Source: Eledone cirrhosa
Taxonomy: Eukaryota
Assembly (NCBI GenBank): GCA_964016885.1
Contig: OZ024742.1
Coordinates: 232,500,001 to 232,564,000 of the forward strand
Direction: 5' to 3'
Length of the DNA stretch: 64,000 nt
The notes beneath the pieces are model-generated. The model was given only the letters and a program-made list of their open reading frames with translations, was not told the origin of the DNA and searched no databases. The position numbers and the translations under genes are program-made. Shown here one piece after another: positions 53,331 through 64,000 of the stretch; the stretch's first letter is position 1; every line of letters starts with the position of its first letter.

Positions 53331-54742
53331 TGTTCTTATATTTAAAGGCATTACCATTGAAGGCAGCCCCCACTAACCTTGATCAAGCAAGCTTATTTTC
53401 AAAGAGATTCCAACTATAGTTAACCTGTTTTTATTAGATATAGTATATATCTATCTATATATATATATATTTTTTTTACACGACTGTATGTAAAATCCCC
53501 GGCATGTCTTTGTATTGTCCCCTTTTCTTGTACGCCCTTGTGGCTAATAAAGAAATATATCTATCTCTATATACATATAGGACTACACCAACCAATGCTT
53601 TTTTTTTATTTTTTAAGATAGAGCATAATTTGAAAGAAATTTAACTGCTATTTCCAGCAGGTCGAACGACTGCGAAGAGTTCACCCTCCCAATTAAGGAT
53701 AGAAATATCATCGAACTCTTGGTTTATTGCAGGCTTATCTGTTGCTCTAATCGACATGCTATTATGATATTGAATATCGATTTCTTATAATTTAGTGTAT
53801 ATGTCAACCCCGAGAGAGACTAAAATTAATAATCGACTCCAGTGGTGTTAGAACTAAAAGCGACGTAAACGGAAATTATTAAATGTTGATTTGTAACTTT
53901 TGACAGTGTAAATAATTGTCTGACAATTATTTTATTTACTGGACAAAAATAAAAAAAATGAGGATGGCATTATCAGGATTTGAACTTAGAACGTAAAGGG
54001 GTGAAACTGAACACCGCAGGTTCGACGCTCAACGCTTTCTAAGATCTGTAAATGGCTATAAATGTTTAAGATAGAGAGGAGGGGCTATGTCTATTTAATT
54101 GACCTCACTATTTCACTGGCACCTATTTTATCGCAATGCAAATTTACTCTGGCAGTATTTGAGTTTAGAACGCAAATTTCGTTATTCTATCATTGAAGTA
54201 TTTAGTTACCTTTTTTTTCATAATGTTAATTTAAATGACACTGTGGGTGACTTTGCTGTTTTTCTCTCCGCAGTTGATAAAGTAAGTACTTGTAATGTTC
54301 CGAAATCAACTTAAATCGACGAGACGTCTTTGGGACATTGAAGATAACCTTTATATTGGCTTCCTTCAACGAAAAGTCTGTCCGTGACAGTCTTCCCACA
54401 AAAGAAATTAATCCCAAAGAAGAAAGTCTTCATGCTAATCGATGATTTTTGAGGACGACAACCTATCTATATGTTTTAAATGCTTTAATAATGATTGTTT
54501 CAACATCTTCATTTGCTCATGCTACCGCATACACGGTTTCGGAATGTGTCAAAAATGCATCGAATACATTCATTCAAAAAGTTAGACATCACCCGTAATT
54601 TTAGATCTGTCATGCTTGTATGAAATATTGATTTGGCGTGGTCTTCAAAATTTTAACTTCTTGAAAATACCACACAAATATACTTATTACAAAAAAAATC
54701 AAACACCAATAATAATTACTAGTTTCCTAAATACGATTCAAC

Positions 54743-55660
54743 ATGACCTTTCACCAAAATAATTTCTTCTGCCCAAAACAAATAACGAACAACTTGGATT
54801 TTAAGGATATTACATCATGTTCTTTAAGTAAAAACATAAACTGTCGTAGACTAGCCTCATTCGCAAATTATGTTAACTTAATTAAGAAACTTGGAAGCGG
54901 AGGATTTGGTGCCGTATATTTAGCTTGTTGGAAATCAAAAAAATTTGCTTTGAAGATCTTGCATCGTAAACATACTAATTTAATGACGAGTTGTTTAAAA
55001 GCGGAACGACTTTCACTCAATTTCGACCATCCCAATATAGTAAGGACTATAATGGTAAATTCATTTTGGACTGGTTATGAAAATGGGTTGATTCTCATGG
55101 AATATATTGGCGAGAGAAATCTACAATGCCTCATCGACGATTCTAAAGAAGTTCTTTGCTATAATCGCCGTATGAAATTTTGTAAGCATGTTTCAAAGGC
55201 CATGGAATACATTCATTCTAAAAACGTTGTCCATTTGGATTTGAAACCTACTAACATTATTATTGCGGATAATGATGTTTGTAAGATTTGCGACTTTGGA
55301 TGCTGTCGGTATCTAAAATGGCCAATTGTGGAAGAATTTACATTATCTGGCACAGCAGCTTACATTGCCCCAGAACTATTAAAAGGAACACAACCGACTG
55401 AAAAATGTGATGTCTATTCCTTTGGAATTATATTATGGCAAATGTTATCGCGAGAAGCACCCTTTGAGTATGAAAACCCTCACGTAATTATCTTCAGAGT
55501 GGTAACTGAAAATATACGTCCGAAGGAAATCGACTCCGGAAAAGCTATGAAAGATTTGGAATACGTGTCACTCTACAAACGGTGCTGGAGTACTGAACCG
55601 CATAATAGACCGAATTTCGAAGAACTAGTTGACATATATGATATTTTGGTAAAAAGTTAA
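54743..55660 (+). CDS. MOS: Mos-like serine/threonine kinase, single coding exon, 305 aa
   Basis: Uninterrupted kinase domain: LGSGGFGAVY, ALK, HPNIVR, HLDLKPTNI, DFGC, GT..YIAPELLKG, DVYSFGI.LWQM..RE.P; the HLDLKP/DFGC/APELLKG combination and lack of introns are typical of Mos. Confidence 0.88.
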   Translation: MTFHQNNFFCPKQITNNLDFKDITSCSLSKNINCRRLASFANYVNLIKKLGSGGFGAVYLACWKSKKFALKILHRKHTNLMTSCLKAERLSLNFDHPNIVRTIMVNSFWTGYENGLILMEYIGERNLQCLIDDSKEVLCYNRRMKFCKHVSKAMEYIHSKNVVHLDLKPTNIIIADNDVCKICDFGCCRYLKWPIVEEFTLSGTAAYIAPELLKGTQPTEKCDVYSFGIILWQMLSREAPFEYENPHVIIFRVVTENIRPKEIDSGKAMKDLEYVSLYKRCWSTEPHNRPNFEELVDIYDILVKS

Positions 55661-57808
55661 GGAGGCAATTTTAGATGTTAAAATACGAGTATCGTCCAAC
55701 AATTACCATATATATATATATATATATATATACCCACACACACACACACACCCCAGTATCGAGTACTCTGGTGAGTATTGGTCTAACTGCTTCCATTCTG
55801 ATATATATATATATATATATATATATTTCGAAAACTGTATTCAGAACTTCATCTTGAATTTAACTATTCTGCTATAGGTCAAACGTGGGTATTAAGCCCC
55901 AGAGGGTATTAAGCTCCACCACATTTAATACCCCGTTTGCCCTATAGTTTTCATGACTTTTATTCATGTTATTTAATGAAGCGATCTCTTTTAATTCAAT
56001 TTTGAATTATTTCCGTTCATTCAAAATAATTTATGAAATTAGTGACTGCTTGGAACTATTTATTCAAAAGATTAAGTGAAAGCGAATTTTTCTACACTGT
56101 TTACATCTTAGTACGACTAACAATTTCCAATGAATGACATCGAATTCTTTTACATTTTTAAGGAATTTAAATAAACATAAATTTTACTTTTAGCTATTAT
56201 AAATCAACCAACATAGAACACGATGGTGAAGGGGGTGCATAACATATTTTATTTTAATGAAACATTTCTTGGAAATTCAATGTTTGTTCTAGCAAAGCTT
56301 GCCTCAAGTTTCTACCATAAGTTTACTTCGGAAACATCGCTCATGGAAAATGAATTCTTCATTAAAAGATTTTTTTTTTTGTTTTGAAAATTGTTGGATT
56401 TTTCTTTGTTATTATCTGAAATATATCAATAATTCCAAAAGCTAATTTTTAGCTAGTGTTTCCATACTGATAATATATATGATCTCTTATAATAGAAAAC
56501 GACGTGGCACTGCCCAGCAGTAAAGAAATATCTATGAATCGTTAGTCTATAGTGTTGTTATGGTTGGTTTACTTCCAGGTCAGCCTTGACTGGTTAGTCC
56601 CATGATGAAAGGTGTCGGTGCCAGTAACTATCCCGTCTTTTTTCATACATAGATTATTGAGGACTAAGAGTCTTTACCACATAACAGCATTGTAGAATAT
56701 CCAAAGCGGTGGAGAGGGTTGCATGGTGTAATCTTCTGTCACATGATTTGACATGGATGAATATGGACTGTGTAGTAGAAAATTCAGGTTGGTAATTTTC
56801 TAAGTGTGGTCAGAGCAGGGTGTGTCTCAAAAATAAGTCCTGTCAACTTGCCAAACTGTAGATTGAAATTATTTTATTTAGGGTAGTGGTGCACACGTTT
56901 CAGGGCCAGTCTTGAGCACTAAATATCCAGTCGGTGACTTTACTGAAATTTAAAATTGTAATCCCTCTTACATATATATAACGAAGGGATTGTGGTAAGG
57001 AACCAGATGGACCATAACGCACCAAAGTACTCAATACTTAGGGTAGTAGAGTGGGTCCAGAAATAGCCGTCGAAACGGCTTGAGCTCTGCCGTCGGGGTC
57101 ATACTTATTCCTATATATATATATGTAAAACTGTTTACATCTGATACCTCACTGACACATTTCCTTTCAATCATAACCTGAAACAAATCAAATTAACTTT
57201 TTAACATCCTGTAATGATTTAGCAGAAAATATCTGAAAAACAGGTTTGTCCATCCAAATGTTTATTATAACTTTACTAGTGGATAAATCATTGTGAAAAT
57301 TTGCATTGTTAGGTAAAATCTTTAATTTCACATGTGAAGTCGGTGTTTTGTACATTTAAAGAATATCTTGCTAATGTGGTTTTATGTAGTATAGGACGTT
57401 TTAAGAGTTAAACAGTAATGACAGAAAAAATATCAGTAATGGAGAAAATAATTGTTTCTACATTTGGCACAAGGCCAGTAATCACCCAGTACATTACTGG
57501 TAAATGCAAGAATAGCAGGCTGGCTGGGGGTGGTAGCACAACTTAGTGAAAGTATAAAGATTATCCAAGGCAAGTGGAAATATGACAGTTTATAAGGAAC
57601 TAGGGATTATAGTGTGTATGTGAGGCCATTAAAAAAAATATGAATTTTAACTAAGCATATTTCTAAATAGACCAATACTGAATCAATGAAACTCTGGCTA
57701 GATTTTAAATGAGAAGCACATACATAGTTCATTCACAAAAAAAACATCTGAAGTGACAACTAGACAAGTGTACTTGAGCTTGGCAATTTGGGATTTTATA
57801 GCAGTATT

Positions 57809-57852
<44 letters not shown>

Positions 57853-58449
57853 TAAAGCTGAATACCGGATGTCATGTCTCTGAAGTTTGTAGTTTTGTTC
57901 CTTTTACTCTAGGCTTACTTAAACATGTAGTTTTCATATATTGAAACCCAAAGGTCATTTGTTTGTTGGCAGTGGATTTAATCATGATTAGATACTACAG
58001 TGTATGCATACAGCATTTCTGAAGTGAGGTTCAAGACACTTCTATCATATGTGGCTCTTCGTTCCACCTAGGAAGATATTTTATTTACAGCTGCAAGATG
58101 AACAAAGTAGAAGTGTAATAAGTGTCAGTGCAAGGACATACCTTTGCTTCACAACAATTTTGACCTGAAATGGTAGTGATGCTGGTCCATTTGATAGCGC
58201 TAAACATTTCATGTCGTCAGGAAAGGAGTGAGTAATGGCAAGAAATTTTGATGCGGTGCCAAGTTTCTGAAATATTCTCCACAATGTTTAGAAGCATATG
58301 TTGTCAAAAGACTTGGACAGATCGTAAAAGAAAAGATGTTACAACTTGTGCTCCTTGGCCTTTTCTTCCATGACATGACAAAAATCATGTCCACAGTGCT
58401 GCATTCAGGGTAAAATAAGTTTTGTGATTTAGGGAGTACAGATTCAGCT

Positions 58450-59800
58450 ATTGGTAGGAGACATTCTAACAGGAATCTTGCTAAGTTTTTCCAGTAATCG
58501 AGAGAAGCAAAATTCCTCTAGAGTTGCCACAACCTGCTCAATTTTCTTTCTTGAAAAAAGTTACAATCAGAGCATCTTTGAAGTCATATGGAACTACTTA
58601 CCAAGTCCAAGCTTGACCTTTCCATCCATGAAGACCTGAAAAACCTTCCCAACATGTGCTTGAAATCGGGCAAACCATTCTGGGAATCAATGAAAACCCT
58701 TCTAGACAATAACTTTAGCATAGCAGCTCCCTGCCCAGACCAGTGAACAGTACTCTGCAACAGAGTATGAAAGTGCTAAGCACAGAGTTCAGAGTATGTG
58801 TGCATCAGATTCTCAGCTGTTTCCTGCTAAATTGCGGATTATATTAATTCGTTAGGTGCTCTTGGTAGGTCAGGCTGTAATCCAATGTTACACCAAGATA
58901 TCTTGACAAGTCTACCACAGAAGGCGACCTTAAGTTACATCCTAGCGTGTCTGGTGCTGAGATAGAAGGCTTGGGTTGAGCCAAAGGTGCTAGTAGTCTT
59001 CCATCTTCTTCAGGTCTTCTGTGAGTGTAAAGTTGAGTTTATCAAAATCAGTAGATTGGGTAGCCAAGGCAAGGTCATCTGTGTATCAAATTTCCTTAAA
59101 GTTTTCCTGAGCATATCACTTGCATAGATGTTAAAGAGCATTGGTGCCAGGATGGAACCTTGGGGAAGGCCATTATTCAGGGTTCTAGTTGAACTTATTT
59201 GACATCCTAGTGACACTCTGAATCTTCTGAGACTGAGTATGGAGAAAAAGATGTTCACAGTTGCCTAGCACATGATGATACAACAGGCCTTCAGAAGGAG
59301 GCCGTGTCTCTATACAGTAGTGTATGCAGAAGACAGGTCGACCAGAGTAAGCCCTGTCCTGAGACTTCATTGGTAGCCAGCCTCGATGATGGTAGTGAGG
59401 GTGAGGACTTGATCAGTGCAAGTCCTTTGTGGTCTGAAGTCTGCTTGCTCCTTAGGCAGGGTTGATCCTACTAAAGGGCCAAGCCTTACCAAGAGGAGCT
59501 GGTCAAACAGCTTGTAAGAGGTGCAGAGGAGAGATATTGGCTGGTAACTTGCAGGATCATCTGTAGGTTTCAGGATGGTGATGATCTTGGCTTCTCTCCA
59601 GATCTTTGGTATAACTTCAGTTGAGTAGATGACTGTGAAGAGAGAAGCCAACCAGTCTCAGTCAATTGGACCAGGGTTCTTAAGGAATTCAGAAAAGATG
59701 CTATAATTCCAAAGAAATAGACATCAATTGATTCCTGCTACCTTTCCTGCTTTAGTTTATGAAAGGCCTGTATCTATCTCATTTATGGTGTAAGATCTAG
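58450..59800 (-). mobile_element. Decayed non-LTR retrotransposon RT fragment (possibly Ingi/Vingi-like)
   Basis: WREAKII.ILKP, SYQPISLL, EQADFRP.R.CTDQV, NGLPQGSILAP.LFNIY; clade assignment from memory only. Confidence 0.7.
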
Positions 59801-60439
59801 ATGTATCTTTCTCCTTTGCAGATTGTCATAAACTTAATTCTATTATATTATGGATGCAGTATGGCCAGATGGTTAAGGAATTTATTTCCCTACCTTTAGG
59901 TCCCAGTTTCAATCACACTTCATGGAATCTTGGGCATGTCTTATTTACCATAGTGTTAGGTAGACCCATGCCTTATGAGTTAAATTGTGTTGATAGAAAC
60001 TGTTTGGAAGCCCATCATATTGACTGTACTTGTCATTCAAAGGGTCATCCTTGTCTTACAATGTGGCAGGCTGAATCTCTCTGTGAATTACACTAAGGAT
60101 AAATGTGTCTATGGAATGTTCAGCCACTTACATGTTAATCTCATGAATAGGCAGTACTGTTGATCGAATAACTGGAACACTCAACTCTGAAAGCTTTTAT
60201 AACATACTCTCTTCAATGCCACACCCATGACCCGATGTTTCTTCTCCCACAGTGAAGGGACCCACTTCTTTGAACAATGTCTTCTTAATGATGGTGTCAC
60301 AATAAAAATGCACCCAGCCCAATTGGTAAAGTGATATAATTGGTGCCACAATTAAAAACATCTAATCCACACTGTAAGGTGGTAGTGCCAGAGTCACAAT
60401 AAAATGTTTCAAATCCATGCTATAAAGTGGTTGGTGATA

Positions 60440-60950
60440 TTAAGGGCATCCAGTTGCAGGAACTAATGCTGCGCAGGGGTGTTCCAGCAGGGGGCATATC
60501 AGGAGGTGCTGCATAGTTTGTGGTTCGATGCTGCAGTCACACATAACGCCCCCATCCTTTGAACATCCCCGTTTTGCAAGAGTGACTTTTGCATCTCCAA
60601 CACCAGATCTTAGTCTGTTTAGGCATTTCCACACTGCATAGCAACAAGCAATACTGTGACGTTCTCTTCTTGTAAGAGACGCGGAGAGGGAGTGAAAACA
60701 ACCGTCCACCTATACCTGGAATGGTCCTGGCCACTGAGCAACCCCATCGGCAGTACAGCAGTGCGGTGTTTGTAAGAACAGGCTTAGCTATAGAAGAAAC
60801 GGACATGTCAGATGACCATGACATCGAAATCTTATCTGTTTAGCTAAACAGGGTAGTAGTAACATTTGTCTATAAACCACCACCTGTAGACTTTGTTTTC
60901 CCAGTCAATCCCCAAAGTACACAGCAAACCACAAATTATAAGAGTCATCA
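60440..60950. mobile_element. Non-LTR element remnants: C-terminal Cys/His region on minus strand and endonuclease-like piece on plus strand
   Basis: Minus: WKCLNRLRSGVG...CDCS.EPQTMQHLLICP; plus: PGMVLA.E.PH.QY.SAVFVR...VYKPP. Confidence 0.6.
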
Positions 60951-61616
60951 ATATATATATAGAAATGGAGGTGTTGTCGTGACGTTGATTATGAATATCA
61001 ACATTTCTTTTTCAGGTATTCTATCTAAGACTAAATTATGAATGTATTTTACATTTTTACAGTAGGAGTGTTATTTGATGGAAATCTGGCATCTATTTAT
61101 AGCATGTCTATCGTGTCTATCGACCTTTTCTTGAAAATTAGTGCAACCCGAAGATTACAACATAATTACACTTTTTATTGGCTCTCTTAGTATATCGGCA
61201 TGTTTCATTTGTTCAATGTAGTTTAGGATTGGCAGTATCATTAGAGCGCCAGACACCATGCTTTGCGGCATAGAGTTATGACCCTTTACGTTCTAAGTTC
61301 AAATCCTGCCGAGGTTAACTTGGCTTTTCATCCTTACGGGGTCGATAAAATAAAGCACCAGTAATGCACTGGAATAATTGCTAGCCTTGTGCCAAAAGTA
61401 GAAACAATTATTATTATTATTGTTTTTTTTTATCAACGCAGACCATCACTAATTTTCCGGACTCTAGTTTGTATATTTGCAACAAACAAATATTGATGTC
61501 TAACATAAGCACATGGTTATAGCTGTTGTCGACTGGTTCATATTTTATCGGACGAAAGTCAACGTAGGCATCGGTGGGATTTGAACTCAAAACATAAAGG
61601 TATGTAAACAATTTTC

Positions 61617-62729
61617 GGCACTACAACACTATTAGCTGTCAGTCGTGAAAGCAGCCGATGAAAGCAGGCGAAGGTGACGTCATTCGTCATCGTTTATTTC
61701 CGTATTACTACCACCACGCGTAAGTGGAGTTTTCACGCGTTTTTTATTTTTTTTATTAAAGCATATCGATGTAAGTGGAGTTACTTAAATGAAAATATAG
61801 GTGGCCCTTAAAAGGGCCAAATTAGAAAACAAATTTAAGTTAATTAGAAAACAAGTCATGGTTATCAAATAAATTGGATTTAATCATTTATATTTTCATA
61901 GTCATGGTTTTCAATGTAGAAAACAAGTCATTTTCACCAACAGTGGAGTTACTTCTGACAGCTAATACCATGAACTATATTTTCATAGTCATGGTTATTA
62001 ATGTAGAAAACAAGTCATTTTCACCAACAGTGGAGTTAACTTAAATGAAAATATAGGTGGCCCTTAAAAGGGCCAAATTAGAAAACAAATTTATGGTTAT
62101 CAAATTTTTTTCACCACCCTTTATGAAGAAATGTTTAGAAAACAAATTTTTTTCAATTTTATTCAAAAGCATGGATACAGTTCCCGTGGAGATTGATGGT
62201 ATCTGCTGTAGTAGCGGTAGCGATGGAAAGATCGCGATGGTTAATTCCATTAACAATTTGGCCCTGAATTAACTGAATTAAAATTATGGCACTACAACGC
62301 TATTAGCTGTCAGTCCAGTGGAAAACAGGCGAAGGTGACGTCACTCGTCAACATCGTTTATTTCCGTATTATACCCACGCGTAAGTGGAGTTTTCACGCG
62401 TTTTTTTGAGAGAGAGAGAGGGAAGAGGAGAGATAGGGAAGAGAGAGAGAGAGGGGGAAGAGAGAGAGAGAGAGAAGGAAGACATAAAAGGGCCAAATTA
62501 GAAAACAAATAGAAAACAAGTCATGGTTATAAAGTATATCGATGTAAGTGGAGTTACTTAAATGAAAATATAGGTGGCCCTTAAAAGGGCCAAATTAGAA
62601 AACAAATTTAAGTTAATTAGAAAACAAGTCATGGTTATCAATGTAGTAAACAAGTCATTCATAAATTTAAGTTTTATAATCAAATTTTTTTCACCAACAA
62701 ATATGACAGCTAATAGCTTTGTAGTGCCC
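61617..62729. mobile_element. Unclassified TIR DNA-element relic with internal duplications
   Basis: GGCACTACAA..CTATTAGCTGTC at 61617 and 62289, inverted at 62705-62728; a ~65-bp internal unit repeated at about 61771, 62030 and 62545. Confidence 0.6.
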
Positions 62730-62763
62730 GCAATTCTGTATCTTTACGTATATTGCGCATAGA

Positions 62764-63000
62764 TACGAGGGTTGACAAAGATACTCTCATGGAATGTGAC
62801 CAAATGAGGTTTATTTTTCAACATAGTCTCCCTTGCGTTCCACACACTTCTTCCATCGGTGTTGCAGTACTGAGATCAATGTTTTCCTCGGTAGTGGCAG
62901 TTGTAGGACGTCCAGACATTGGGTCATCTTCAAGAATCCCCTATCCTTTCCTAAATTCGGCTGCCCACTTTTGCACAAAGGAAAATTGTGGTACAATATT
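62764..63000 (-). mobile_element. Internally deleted mariner relic
   Basis: TA|CGAGGG end; minus-strand LQHRWKKCVERKGDYVEK* (mariner C-terminus) fused to an EDDP.SGRP.TA...EN N-terminal remnant. Confidence 0.78.
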
Positions 63001-63619
63001 GTAAGGTCTGCTTATAGCGTTATTCTTTCAAAAATGAAGGTCCACATTTCGTCGACTTCAATACATTGTATTACATTTTATTGTATTGTAAACATTAACT
63101 TTTATGGACATTTTATTACAAAATTTCAATTTAGTTCGATTTTTTGGAATTTATTTAACAAACATGGAAAAATAAGAAAAAGAATAAAATAAAAAATAAT
63201 TTGATTGCCTTTAATAAAGAAGATAGAGTGGAACTGATTTCCAGGTCATACTAATGAAACAAGGTTTTTTCCATTACTGATATTATCTGTCTGCCGCAAG
63301 TCCTGGTAGAAGATGCTACACGAACTAAAGTATTTTACTGAAGGACGCAACATGCTGCAGGATCGAAGAAACGAGCACATGACTTTATAATGGTTAGTCC
63401 AGTACCGTAACCCCTAAGGCATCTGCCTTCACAGAGGAAAGGTAAATCATATTATAACAGATTAGATGGGTACTATGTTAGATATTACTATGTGTCATAT
63501 TATACCAAAGAGGAAGTGTGCTGTATAATAAACATTGATATCAGGTTGATTCAATAACTACCCGGTCCCAAATATGAACCCATGAACTTATGGTCGTCAG
63601 TCAAACACTTTAACCATTG

Positions 63620-63728
63620 TATGTATGTATGTATACACGTATGGATGGATGGATGGATGTATGTGTGTATGTGTGTATACATGTATGTATGGATGGATGT
63701 ATGCATGTATGTATACATGTATATATGT
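63620..63728 (+). repeat. (ATGT/ATGG)n compound microsatellite
   Basis: Direct inspection. Confidence 0.9.
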
Positions 63729-63732
63729 AAGT

Positions 63733-64000
63733 TGGTGCTACTGGTAACATGTATCTCAGTACAACCTGTCTCATGGTCGGGTCGTTGGCGACTAAACTGG
63801 CAACCCCACCAAGGTTTCTTGGTGAGGATGGTAACTTTGGACATCCTGCAGGACTAAAAACAAAACCTGTCAAAGGGCAAAGGAGCTCTTAAGAGTCAAT
63901 GGCCATCCAAAATCACCGGGAGAGATGACCCCTTAGCCTTTGTCAAGGCAGAATTCTAGGAGAAGGAAAACTCTGATATAACACCTGCAACTCTGATGGT
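63733..64000 (+). mobile_element. Probable 5' UTR of an RTE-type LINE running off the window
   Basis: Abrupt GC rise after the microsatellite; GGCGACTAA and CTAGGAGAAGGAAAACTCTGA motifs, which I recall from RTE 5' ends; no ORF within the window. Confidence 0.4.

Overview
AT-rich, intron- and repeat-rich animal genomic DNA; the repeat content (tRNA-headed SINEs, RTE and CR1 LINEs, (AT)n/(ATT)n/(ATG)n tracts) points to an octopod cephalopod (inference). Two host genes lie on the + strand: (1) the middle and 3' part of a cytosolic-type acetyl-CoA synthetase (ACSS2-like), with 14 exons traced by hand from 889 to the stop at 42325, all with GT-AG boundaries and consistent phases (the 5' exons lie upstream of the window); (2) an intronless Mos-like Ser/Thr kinase at 54743-55660. 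The main observation is a pair of homologous 73-nt exons in ACSS2 (889-961 and 7691-7763; FAGYS... vs FAGFS...) that can only be used one at a time, i.e. a candidate mutually exclusive exon switch near the CoA-binding region. Also seen: a nearly intact RTE ORF2 with a C4HC3 PHD-type finger downstream of the RT core, Penelope-type hammerhead ribozyme motifs in introns, a head-to-tail Helitron dimer containing a ~130-bp-arm hairpin, triple-nested elements and closely spaced inverted SINEs. No prokaryotic systems, CRISPR arrays or true rRNA/tRNA genes were found. All calls are by eye; repeat boundaries are approximate and no database search was run.
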